Source of the DNA: an uncultured Chthonomonadaceae bacterium
GTDB taxonomy: Bacteria > Armatimonadota > Chthonomonadetes > Chthonomonadales > Chthonomonadaceae
Direction of reading: 5' to 3'
DNA length: 64,000 nt
Assembly (NCBI GenBank): GCA_963835065.1
Contig: CAWIEK010000056.1
Coordinates: 1-64,000, forward strand
Shown: positions 43,609 through 54,407 of the stretch, piece after piece
Position numbering within the stretch: the stretch's first letter is position 1
How the letters are laid out: each line of letters starts with the position of its first letter
Translations under genes and position numbers: made by a program
The notes under the pieces: model-generated
What the model was told of the DNA's origin: nothing
What the model saw: the letters and a program-made list of their open reading frames with translations, nothing else
Database searches by the model: none

Positions 43609-44766
43609 TTAATGCGCTCCTGTGGGCGTCGTCACAGCGTCACGGCGCACAACAGACTCCATCTTCGCTTTCTGGTAATCGGTGGGAACCTGAAATAGCG
43701 TATCGTCGAGCGGCGCTTCCGTGATAGATTTTACCTGCATGGTCACGACACTCGTTCTGCCCCCGCCATTGCCGTAAGACCCGCCAAAGCCTCCCCCGGA
43801 AGACAGGCGCGTGGTCACGATTGTAGACAGAGGCAGGCATTTCAGCTTGCCAATTTTCTCACAAACCGACTTCAGAACGGACGTGTCGGCAATGGTTCCC
43901 TGGAGCAGGGGGAGCAGCGGACTCTTGCTGCCGCCCGGCCAGGTTCCCGCATCCGCCAGCCATAAGTCACCCTGCATCTCGGAAGAGGGAAGCATCCTGC
44001 CGCCGCCCGAACGTCCACTGCCCTGTCCGCCACTCCCATCAGGGGAACCGCCGCCGGGATACCCGCCCCCGGAACCTCCCCCGCCCGGATACCTTCCGCC
44101 GCCGCCTCTCCCGCCTCTGCGTCCACCGCCGCCACCGCCGTAACCACCGCCGCCACCTCGTGAGGGCGCTTCCATGCTGATACGCTCCGTAGCGTACAGC
44201 GTATACTTTTGCGTGTTGATGTCCACAACGGTATGCTGCAAGCCGGTCTTATCTACTTCCACTTTGATGTCTTTGTGCATACCTTCCGGCAGTGTTTCGG
44301 CAGTGGGAAGCAGGGCAGGCGTATTTGCGGGCGCGTCCAGCGCGTTCAGCCATTTGTAAGCGTCCTTCATGGCGACAACGCTGTAGGTTTTCTGCGTGGG
44401 ATTGAGCGCGTAGGCTTTGTTGGCCGCGCTGTCGTACAGCATGACCAATCCGCCTGCTGTTTCCCGTCGCGCCATGCTGCCCTTATAATAGATAGTCACG
44501 ATTTGCCCCGGCGCGGCATTTTGCGCTTCGGGCGATGATGTATCTGCGTTAGAAGGAGCGGTTTGCCCCGGTGAGGACGGTGGGCGCGTCGGGTCCGAAG
44601 CGCTGCCCGTCGGGGAAACGGAGAGTTCGGAGACAACTTTCACGTCGGCCAGTACGGGGCTGTTCACAGCGCAAACCAGCGCCGCGCCCGCAAAAAGCAA
44701 TGAAAACCAGGGGCCGGTAATAGTCCGACGCTGTATGTCCGCGTACATTTTGCTTGATTTCGCCAT
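43609..44766 (-). CDS. Exported DUF4412-like protein with a Gly-rich insert
   Basis: Signal peptide; YYKGSMAR; LDDTLFQVPTDY terminal motif. Confidence 0.6.
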   Translation of the reverse strand: MAKSSKMYADIQRRTITGPWFSLLFAGAALVCAVNSPVLADVKVVSELSVSPTGSASDPTRPPSSPGQTAPSNADTSSPEAQNAAPGQIVTIYYKGSMARRETAGGLVMLYDSAANKAYALNPTQKTYSVVAMKDAYKWLNALDAPANTPALLPTAETLPEGMHKDIKVEVDKTGLQHTVVDINTQKYTLYATERISMEAPSRGGGGGYGGGGGGRRGGRGGGGRYPGGGGSGGGYPGGGSPDGSGGQGSGRSGGGRMLPSSEMQGDLWLADAGTWPGGSKSPLLPLLQGTIADTSVLKSVCEKIGKLKCLPLSTIVTTRLSSGGGFGGSYGNGGGRTSVVTMQVKSITEAPLDDTLFQVPTDYQKAKMESVVRRDAVTTPTGAH

Positions 44767-45071
44767 ATTTCTTCTTGTCCATTCTGCTTCGCTTCATGTC
44801 GTCAACAGGGGGAACACAAACCAGACGCCGGAAATTACGGTTTGTAACGGCAAATGTAACTGTTGAAAGCGGCAGGGGCAGCAACGCCGGAAATGAAACC
44901 GAAAACAGGCTGTCCGGTCGCCGCCAAGTGTCGGAAAAACTCATTGTCAAGAGCGGCAGAAAAAAGCGTAAATCTTTGCGCTTGATGTGCCAACAATGCG
45001 GAATGAGGCAGTTGATGAGCGACTGCTTTCAGACTGTTACACGGTGTAGCAGGTTTGCACAGGAGGGCAGT

Positions 45072-45665
45072 ATGAGCGATCTGAGCATCAGCAACGCGCG
45101 TCTGGTTCTGAACACCTACGCGACAACCAACACCCAAAGCGTGAGCAGCGCAACCGACTCGGACGGAGATGCAAGCGCGGCGTCGGCGGTTTCCGCGAGC
45201 AGTGGCACCGCGCAGGCGGCGTCCGTAGACATTTCCCAACCGGGCCAGTTGTTCAGCAAACTGGAAAAACTGAAAACGCAGGACCCCGACAAGTACAAGC
45301 AAGTGGTTTCCGACCTCGCCGACAAATTGAAAACGGCGGCGGGCAACGCGACCGGCAAGGATCAGGAATTCCTGACCAAACTGGCCGCCCAGTTCCAGTC
45401 TGCGGTAAACGGTGGCGATCTGACGCTCGGCCAGCCTGCAAACGGCGCGGGCGGTCAGAAGGGTGCGGCGGCGGCCTACTCCCAAAACGATCCTTCGACA
45501 CAGCAGGGATTGTCGGGCGTAGGGCATCACAAGGGCGGGCATCATCATCACCAGCCGAGCGCGGCGGTTCAGCAGGCGTTCAAGAGTATTTCGGATGAAG
45601 TGGACACCGCGTTGGGCACGACTGCCGATAGCAGCGCGTCCAGCGCCACTCCGGCAGCCGCCTGA
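45072..45665 (+). CDS. Hypothetical Ala/Ser-rich protein with a His-rich patch
   Basis: RBS AGGAGG; SVDISQPGQLFSKL..LK..DPDKYK; HHKGGHHHHQ. Confidence 0.65.
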   Translation: MSDLSISNARLVLNTYATTNTQSVSSATDSDGDASAASAVSASSGTAQAASVDISQPGQLFSKLEKLKTQDPDKYKQVVSDLADKLKTAAGNATGKDQEFLTKLAAQFQSAVNGGDLTLGQPANGAGGQKGAAAAYSQNDPSTQQGLSGVGHHKGGHHHHQPSAAVQQAFKSISDEVDTALGTTADSSASSATPAAA

Positions 45666-45695
45666 TAAATCGCCGTCCTGCGGCAACACTCGAAA

Positions 45696-45737
45696 AAGCC
45701 AACATGCCTGCAAACATAATTGCAGGCATGTTGGCTT
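45696..45737. terminator. Bidirectional terminator hairpin
   Basis: 18-bp perfect stem between convergent genes. Confidence 0.75.
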
Positions 45738-45740
45738 AAT

Positions 45741-47069
45741 TTAATTTCCCGTTTCGATTTCGGCGATGTAGCGCAGGGTGCATTGGGACGGGCGGTACAC
45801 GATAAATTCGTTGTGCATCAGGTGCAGGCCCTTGCAGCCCTGTACGCTGTCAAAGCCTTCGGGAGCCTGTTCGCGGTAGCAGGCGAGTTTCTCCTTCTTG
45901 ATAGCGCCTAATGCCACATCCGACAGGAACATGTACCCCGATTGCGGCTTGCCCTGCGGGTTCCACAGTTCGCAATACTGCGCGCTTTTGCTGCTTTGAT
46001 CGGCGAAATAAATCCCTTTGCCGAACATCGCGCCGTTACAGGGCGCGCTGCGGGGCGCAATTAACAAACCGCGCGAAAGGACTCCGACAAGGTTAGAATT
46101 GAGCGTTCCGTGAAACAACTCCTGCACGTTGCCGACCGGCTGGCCTTCCTTTGCAAAGCGGGCGCGCTCGTCCGGCAGTATCAGCGCGAAAACGCGGTGG
46201 ACGCGCAATGTGAAATTGTGCCGCCACGAGTGCGATGCCAGTATTTTACACTCCACGCGCTGATATTCCGCAGAAGTTTTGTCCAGCGCGCGCATCTCCG
46301 CTCCCAATGCGCGGTATTTGCGCTCCACGCCGGCTTCCAGATCGTGCCGCACATGGAACACGTCGCGCATCAATTGCAGCAGTTCCTCCTCCTCATCCGC
46401 TTTCTTCACCGTATCTATGACCACATCCTTGATGTCGAAGCGCAATCCCAATCGGTGCGGAACGAGGGAGAAATACTCGCCGGTCAAGCGCGCCAGGCTG
46501 TCGCGCCGCTGCCGGGCAATGGCAAAGCGGAGTTCGCGCAACTTGTCCTGCCCGCGCTCGATCTGCGTTCCGGTCAGGCTGCCGAGGGGCGTTTCAATGC
46601 GGCTGACAAGCGCGGATTTGGTCGCGTCGTAAATGCGCTCCACAAAGGCGGCAATATCGGGATGCAGGGCGGGGGCGGGCGCAACGGCAGAAAACGGCGG
46701 AGCCGGTAGAACCGGGGCGAAACGGGAAACATGGTCGCGCATCGGGGCGCTGCCGACCGTCGCCTGCTTCACGTCAACCGGCACGTAACCTTTGCGTTTG
46801 CCGGTCTTTTCGCGGTACAGGCGCTCGAACTCGGCCAGCGCGTCCTGCAGATTGTCGGTATAGCGGCCTTCGCGCACTCCCGGCGTTCCCACGCGCCCGT
46901 AATTGGTGAATAATCGGTACGCGCCCTGCGCCTCATGCACTTCCAGCACATAGAACTTGTTGTTGTTCGCCTGCAAATCCGCGCGGTTCAGCACCGCCGT
47001 CTTCACAACGCGAAAATTGGCGGGAAACGCGGGATTGCCGCTTTTGTCGAGATTAAACGTCGGTAACAT
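45741..47069 (-). CDS. Poly(ADP-ribose) polymerase with WGR, regulatory and catalytic domains
   Basis: NNNKFY...YGRVG (WGR); YFSLVPH (regulatory); LFHGT, MFGKGIYFA..SSKSAQY and HNEFIVY (H-Y-E triad). Confidence 0.92.
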   Translation of the reverse strand: MLPTFNLDKSGNPAFPANFRVVKTAVLNRADLQANNNKFYVLEVHEAQGAYRLFTNYGRVGTPGVREGRYTDNLQDALAEFERLYREKTGKRKGYVPVDVKQATVGSAPMRDHVSRFAPVLPAPPFSAVAPAPALHPDIAAFVERIYDATKSALVSRIETPLGSLTGTQIERGQDKLRELRFAIARQRRDSLARLTGEYFSLVPHRLGLRFDIKDVVIDTVKKADEEEELLQLMRDVFHVRHDLEAGVERKYRALGAEMRALDKTSAEYQRVECKILASHSWRHNFTLRVHRVFALILPDERARFAKEGQPVGNVQELFHGTLNSNLVGVLSRGLLIAPRSAPCNGAMFGKGIYFADQSSKSAQYCELWNPQGKPQSGYMFLSDVALGAIKKEKLACYREQAPEGFDSVQGCKGLHLMHNEFIVYRPSQCTLRYIAEIETGN

Positions 47070-47164
47070 GGTTCCGGGTTCCTCCCTGCGTGTCGGTCAA
47101 GCAAAAAGAGAATCGCACACTCTCTTTGCCTCACTACGCGCGCAGGGAGAAACCCGGAAAAGAT

Positions 47165-47240
47165 AATGATGAATGATGAGTGATGAATTATGAATGGGAT
47201 ACGGCATCTTATTCATCACTCATCATTCATCGTTCATCAT
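47165..47240. repeat. Heptamer-armed palindromic element (ATGATGA)n...(TCATCAT)n
   Basis: Direct inspection. Confidence 0.75.
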
Positions 47241-47512
47241 TAGAGTTCGTCGTCCTCTTCGTCCTCGCTCGGGTCAATGTAGACGGTGACGTTTTGGAGG
47301 GTTTTGTCGCCGCCTTCTTTGGGCAATTCGTAGTACACGTCAATCACTTCCCAGACATTGGTGATGCCCTTTTTTTCGGCTTCGTCCACGTCCATCATGA
47401 TAGACTCGCCGATGCGGGGCACATGGATGCTTTGCACTTCGGCGATCATCACGGGTTCGTCGTCCGTATCCGGGTAGTACACGAAGGTCAGGTTGAGCTG
47501 AGATGGGTTCAT
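47240..47512 (-). CDS. Small acidic hypothetical protein
   Basis: RBS AAGGAG; VPRIGESI...WEVIDVYY. Confidence 0.65.
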   Translation of the reverse strand: MNPSQLNLTFVYYPDTDDEPVMIAEVQSIHVPRIGESIMMDVDEAEKKGITNVWEVIDVYYELPKEGGDKTLQNVTVYIDPSEDEEDDEL

Positions 47513-47666
47513 GGCAGTCTCCTTTTATAAAGGCGTGATGGCGGTGAAAACGGTCTTTTCGGTTCCGGTACTGCCGCAGCGACAGGACATAACGGTTATA
47601 CGGGCAACAGGGAGGGAAGGTTCGACAGAAGCAGTCGGTAGTGAGTAGTCAGGAGAAAACCTGTTC

Positions 47667-48802
<1,136 letters not shown>

Positions 48803-48869
48803 GTACCTCTCCTTTGAAGCAGTCGTAAAGCAGTGTGAAGCAATTGTCAAACATCGTGAAAGTCGCGCC

Positions 48870-49580
48870 TCCGATTGCATTCCCCGGACGGTCTATGGGA
48901 GCGCCGTTCGCGTCGAAACAATCTTTTGACGTGCCGGGAAAAGCGTTAATAAAGCGGTTCAACATGTCGGCGTCGTTTTTGAAAACGGTCATCCAAACTG
49001 ACCAGAAGCCGCGCGGTTCGGCTATATGTACAATGGCTTGCCGTAACTCCTGCGTGTCTTGAGAGGCGTGGTCGGCAAGTTGGAGTTTGGCCTGATAGCG
49101 CTCTGCAAGTTCCCACACCTCATGCCGCTTTTTCCACCGCCGGTCATTGGCGCTGAAGCGCGGATGACCCGGCACTCGGTCTAACCCCGTCAGGCGAATA
49201 GTGCGTTGGGCGCGGGCTTTCTTGCGCGTACTCAGCAAGGCGGCAGGAGCAGGCGGCAAATCTTTCTGATAAGCAAGCGCTAAAAACGTATTGTGCTGAT
49301 CCGGCCAGTAATAGCGACTCAAATCAACATCCGTGGCTCCCTTGATGGAGTTGCAATTAGGACACCCCATTAAAAAATTGTCCCAGGAGCAGATCAAGTC
49401 TGCATGATGCTTTTTAGGCTATACATGCTCCACATTAGGGCCGGACGGCACGGGGATTTCACAGTAGGAACAGTAATCACCAACGCGGTCTATCAAGTCG
49501 TTACGGGCATCGCCATATTCTTTGTACTCGCGCGCAACGCCATTTACAACGGGACGTTGCCCGCGCTCAACAGGTCGCAT
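48870..49580 (-). pseudogene. HNH endonuclease (PtuB-like) with an in-frame TAG and no stop at the expected end
   Basis: Manual translation from ATG 49580: MRPVERG...YCSYCE...NVEHV*PK...WDNFLMGCPNCNSIKG; start overlaps the ATPase TGA. Confidence 0.75.
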
Positions 49581-50882
49581 CAGCGTCCTTTGCCCATCCC
49601 GGCGCTTGTCCGCTCTGCTTCCAGCAACGCCACATACGCCGGATCATCGCTGAAAGGCATCATCAATTCATCTAATCGGCGCTTCAAGTGTTCCACTTTT
49701 TCAGGCGAAGCGGATTGGGCTTGCTGTAGAGTCTGGTAATACTGTTCTGCCGCTTCCACCATTTCTTGATAACGCTTGCTGCGCTGCACGTGTTGGACGC
49801 CTTGATTCTCTTCCGCAATGTCTTCAATGCTTTTACGTTCAAAATCCGTTGCCAGATTGGGATCAAGGTTTATCAACTGCGCCTGATGGCTGACCTCCAT
49901 GGATTGGATGATGAAGGCCGAGTGAGTGGTGACAATAAACTGCATCTTGGGAAACGTTTTAATTAAATTGGCAACAACGACACGCTGCCATGTGGGGTGA
50001 AGATGAAGGTCTATTTCATCAATGAGAACGATACCGGTAGTGCGCCGGGACGCTTCTTGTTCAAATTGGGGGTTGAGAACAGCAGCACGGTAAGCAATGT
50101 CGGCGCTCAGAGAGATGATGTTGCGATAGCCGTCGCTTAACATGCGAAAAGGCAGTTCCCGTCCGTCTTTGAAGCGAATCAGCAGTTCGTTCTCCAGGCT
50201 GTCGAAGGCGACGCTTACGGCATCTTCAACACTGTCTATAATTGCCTGCCGAACTCCCTCGAGAACTCCGAATTGCTCTTTGCGCTGAATCGTGGCAAAT
50301 TCCAGCCGTCGGAACCAATCCAGAAACGCGCGTTGGTCAATGTGCGCGTCAAGACAATCATTGTAGCCATCCAGCCGAGAGTTCGGGGCCGCTAAAAGGG
50401 AGTTTACGACTGTTTTTTGCATCTGCGAAACAGAGCCGACGGCAGCCATAGTAGGCTAATAGAGGCAAAGCGATATTTTCGCCCTGTTGTATTTGTTCTT
50501 TGATCTGACGTATTTGCTGCAATGCAGCGCTAGTATCATCGAGCGTGGAAGCCTTGCGTTGCGGCGTAATGTAAGCGCGAGTCCATGTTTCGGAGTTTGC
50601 ATTTCGGCAGGTGGTAATTTGCGCGACAACCGGGTATTGCGGTTCAACAACAGGTACGCCATTCTTATCATAAGCGACGCGCCGCGCATCATCCGGTTGG
50701 AAGCGTGAAACGTGGTCATGCAAATAACGAATAAAAGCGCCTAAGCCAAAGGCAAGCGCGTCTAAAATGGCGGTTTTACCTGCGCCATTTTCACCCACAA
50801 TCACGTTGACCTGTGGCGCGAATATCCATTCGTCCCGCTCGAAACGCCGAAAATTTTGGACTTGTAAACGTTCTACATTCAA
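49580..50882 (-). pseudogene. ABC/AAA ATPase (PtuA/COG3950-like), frameshift near 50420
   Basis: GENGAGKT, YYGCRRL, LSDGYR signature, LIDEIDLHLHPTWQR, IVTTHS. Confidence 0.85.
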
Positions 50883-50991
50883 CAGCCAATTCTCCTCTGG
50901 CTGTTTATTTGCCGCAAGAGGGTAAAAATCCTTCCATGAGCAGAAAACAGCCAGTTATGAGAATGATACAGAATTGTATTCAAGCAGTCTA

Positions 50992-51948
50992 TCATGGTAC
51001 GCGCTGGCCGCGTCCGGCTACAAAGAGTTTGTACCAGTCGGTTCGGCTCAGTTCGATGTTGGCCGCGCCTGCCGCTTCGTGAATGTGTTCGGGCTTGTTG
51101 GAGCCGACAAGCGGGATGATTTGCGCGGGATGGCGGAGCAGCCAGGCAATGGCAAGCTGCGTGGGCGTGGCGTCATTGTAAACGGGGCCGAGTTCGCGCA
51201 GGGTTTCTAAAACCCGCTCGATGCGCTCCCGGTTGGCATGGTCGGCGGGCACCTCGCGCCGCCCCGACAGCCAGCCGCCACCCACCGGACTGTAGGCAAG
51301 CGGCGTAATGCCCAATTCCTCGCACTGATCCAACACGCCGTCGCCGCCCTGCCCCTCGCGTCCTTCGTAAATCGGCGGCAGATGCAGCAGCGATATGGCG
51401 ATTTGATTGGACACAATCGGCGCTTGCAGATACTTTTGCAGAGCAAGCGTCTGCTGCGGATAGTAGTTGGACACGCCGACGAGTTTGATTTTGCCTTCCG
51501 CAACCAGCGCGTCCAGCGTTGCCGCCGTTTCCGCGGGGTGGCCGAGCGGGTCGGGACGGTGCAGTTGGTACAGGTCAATCACATCAATGCCCATGCGCGT
51601 CAGCGAACCTTCCACGCTTTGCCGAATGTGCGCGGGCGAATGGTCGTAGTACCCGGAGCGGATGCCGACTTTGGTGGCGATGAAAATGCGCTCACGGCTG
51701 CCGGGAACCGCTTGCAGACAGTCCTTGAAGATGGATTCGCAGGCCGTGCCGCCGTAAATGTCGGCATGGTCGTAGAAGGTGATGCCCGCTTCCAATGCGG
51801 CCTCAAAACTGGCGATAGCCTTCTTGCGGTGTTCCGGTCCCACTTCTGCCGGGTTCCACGTCCCGGCAAGCCCCATACAGCCCAGAGCAATACGGCTCAC
51901 GGGGATTTTACCCGGCCCAAACGCCTGTATCGGCATCGTTGCGCTCAT
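50992..51948 (-). CDS. Aldo/keto reductase
   Basis: IALGCM, FYDHADIYG, IATKVG, DLYQLHRPD, GVSN, AYSP. Confidence 0.92.
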   Translation of the reverse strand: MSATMPIQAFGPGKIPVSRIALGCMGLAGTWNPAEVGPEHRKKAIASFEAALEAGITFYDHADIYGGTACESIFKDCLQAVPGSRERIFIATKVGIRSGYYDHSPAHIRQSVEGSLTRMGIDVIDLYQLHRPDPLGHPAETAATLDALVAEGKIKLVGVSNYYPQQTLALQKYLQAPIVSNQIAISLLHLPPIYEGREGQGGDGVLDQCEELGITPLAYSPVGGGWLSGRREVPADHANRERIERVLETLRELGPVYNDATPTQLAIAWLLRHPAQIIPLVGSNKPEHIHEAAGAANIELSRTDWYKLFVAGRGQRVP

Positions 51949-52179
51949 AGCGATCTCCTTATTTCCGCAAAACAGCGAAGTGTTTGAAAATGGCGGCGCA
52001 ATTGCGGCTGGCAGTGAATTGCGCCTGAAAGTATTACGCTTCAAGGCGCTTTTCATTACAATTGTCCTGCGCCGTCCATATCCGTGCTATGATAGATAAG
52101 GAAACCGATAAATTGAAGCGTGGATAAGCATGAGGCAGGCGGAAACGGATCGCCGGGACATGCGAAAAGGAGAGCCGTT

Positions 52180-52704
52180 TTGTTTCACTTGCAGTTTGAT
52201 GAGAACGACCTTGAACACTGGTCACAGCGCTACGATGTCGCGTTAGATGCGGAAGTGGAGGCTATCGGCGCAGAAGCCAGAAAGCGCGGCTACTACACGT
52301 ATGAGGAATTGCTGACAATGGGCAAGTGGACAACCACGCGCTCGCAAAAACTCCTCGCCGGCAATGAGCCTGCCCTTGTGGAACGCCACACCCGCACCGC
52401 TCTTTCGACCTACAACGAGGCGTTGCGCATGGAGGTCTTAACGTCCCTGCGGGGCGTGTCCTATCCGACTGCCACCCTGCTGCTGCACTTCGGCTTCGAC
52501 AACCGTTACCCGATGCTTTCTGCCCCTTCGTTGTGGTCGCTTGGTTACGACGAATTTCCCAAAGCGTACACGCTGGAATTTTGGCTGGAATACGTCGTGT
52601 TCTGCCGCGAGTTGGCCGCGCAGCACAATATAACGCTGCGAACGCTGGATCGCGCCCTCTGGCAGTACGCGCATGAACACCAGAAACCTGCCAAAAGCGC
52701 CTAG
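52180..52704 (+). CDS. Helix-hairpin-helix (glycosylase-fold-like) hypothetical protein
   Basis: LTSLRGVSYPTATLLLHF HhH-like motif; LRTLDRALWQY. Confidence 0.55.
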   Translation: MFHLQFDENDLEHWSQRYDVALDAEVEAIGAEARKRGYYTYEELLTMGKWTTTRSQKLLAGNEPALVERHTRTALSTYNEALRMEVLTSLRGVSYPTATLLLHFGFDNRYPMLSAPSLWSLGYDEFPKAYTLEFWLEYVVFCRELAAQHNITLRTLDRALWQYAHEHQKPAKSA

Positions 52705-53098
52705 CAATGCGTCGGCGCAGGAAGGCGGTTTCGGCCAGGCTCATGCCTGTGTCTAAGGTCGCCCGGTAAGCAAGTGGTACAATCCCATGCCCATAATGGC
52801 TAGTCCGATGACATAGGTGAGATACCACAGTCGATAAATCGGCACGGCTTGTCCTTCAATCTCCGTTAGCCCGCCCCACTTGCCTCTATGCCATACTGCT
52901 TTAGCAGCGACAGGTACTGAGGCTGCAGGGGATTTCGGGAGCAATACCGATGCGACACGAAATCTGCCGAACAGATTTTCAGTCCGTTGGTGTTACACTT
53001 GGTGTTACAGTAGCAGGGTGAGCGGGTGCAGTCTTAGAGAGTATGCGTCCGCTTTCATCTATTGTTGTATATTGTTGTACGCTACGGGAGGAAACAGC

Positions 53099-53710
53099 AT
53101 GGTTGCATATATCGAAAAACAGTGTTACACGCCGCAGGAGTATCTGGAGCGCGAACGCTTGGCCGAATTTCGCAGCGAATACGATAATGGAGTTCTCATT
53201 CCCATGCTCGGAGCGTCCCGCGACCACAACCGCATTACTTTCAACATAATAGGGCTTTTCGGAGATCAATTGCACGGTAGTTCCTGCGAAGGCTTCGCGC
53301 AGGATATGCGCGTCCGGGTTCTTCAAGGCGACAAATACTACTATCCCGACCTTGTCGTTGTCTGCGGGGAGCCGCGCTTTGAAGATGCCACGTTTGACGT
53401 TCTGCTCAATCCCAAACTCATTGTCGAGGTTCTCTCCGAGTCCACCGAGCGTAAAGACCGGGAAGCCAAATTTGACGACTACGCCACGCTAGAATCGCTC
53501 ACAGACTACGTTTTGATTTCCCAATGGGAACCCCGCATCGAACATTTTTATCGGCTGGAAGACGGCATCTGGCGTTTTGTCGTGGCGCGTGGACTGCAAG
53601 CCGCCCTCGACCTGCCCGCTATTGGCTGCCGTCTGCCCCTAGCGGATATCTACGCCCGTATCACGTTTCCGCCGCCCGCCGAAACCCCGGACGTTCGGGA
53701 AAGCGCGTAA
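53099..53710 (+). CDS. Uma2 (DUF820) family endonuclease-like protein
   Basis: YTPQEYL, EYDNG, YYPDLVV, IVEVLSEST...K..Y. Confidence 0.92.
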   Translation: MVAYIEKQCYTPQEYLERERLAEFRSEYDNGVLIPMLGASRDHNRITFNIIGLFGDQLHGSSCEGFAQDMRVRVLQGDKYYYPDLVVVCGEPRFEDATFDVLLNPKLIVEVLSESTERKDREAKFDDYATLESLTDYVLISQWEPRIEHFYRLEDGIWRFVVARGLQAALDLPAIGCRLPLADIYARITFPPPAETPDVRESA

Positions 53711-54044
53711 CCTTGCAATCAGCGCCCTCTGTCGTAATCTCGGTGTCCCGGAACTGGTTTTTATCCATCTGCGTAAACAAGAAATCCGCCTGTTGCGCCA
53801 TGACACGGAAGGCTACGCGGAAACGGTTATCACGCAGGGGCCGGTCACGTTTGCCACCCTGCCCGGCTTGACCTTGCAGGCCGAATGGATTTTGCGGGAA
53901 CCTCGCCCTGCCGTTCGCGCCACTCTGAACGCCCTGCTTGCCTGAAAATGTAACCTTGTAATTTCTACAATCCTCGCAAGCGAACTGCGCTGCGCCATCC
54001 GAACCCGCGAATCTGCTGTAAACAAATTGCGTGAGGGAAATATC

Positions 54045-54377
54045 GTGAAGATAAACATTGACCAGCTCACCGAAGCCGAGTTGATCGAACTCAACAATCG
54101 CATTGTAGCCCGTTTGCGCTTTCTGCATGACATGTGCGCTCATTCTCAAATGCTGGCATTCAGCATCGGAGACAGAGTCGTATTTCAGCCGGAAGGCAGG
54201 GCGCTCCAGATTGGCATGGTGACGCGCTACAACAAAAAGTCGGTTACGGTGGTCACGGAAATGGGTCAGCGCTGGAACGTTTCGCCAAGCCTGCTGCGCA
54301 AAGCAGACACGGCACAAGACGCAAGGGAAACAGAGGACGGAGAGGAAACAAATCTGAGAGTGGTCAAGCCACTCTGA
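54045..54377 (+). CDS. Conserved hypothetical protein (SH3-like C-terminal half)
   Basis: IDQLTEAELIELN...FSIGDRV...YNKKSVTV...WNVSPSLL. Confidence 0.65.
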   Translation: MKINIDQLTEAELIELNNRIVARLRFLHDMCAHSQMLAFSIGDRVVFQPEGRALQIGMVTRYNKKSVTVVTEMGQRWNVSPSLLRKADTAQDARETEDGEETNLRVVKPL

Positions 54378-54407
54378 TAAATACCGTCCTCCATTGCATG
54401 ATACAGG

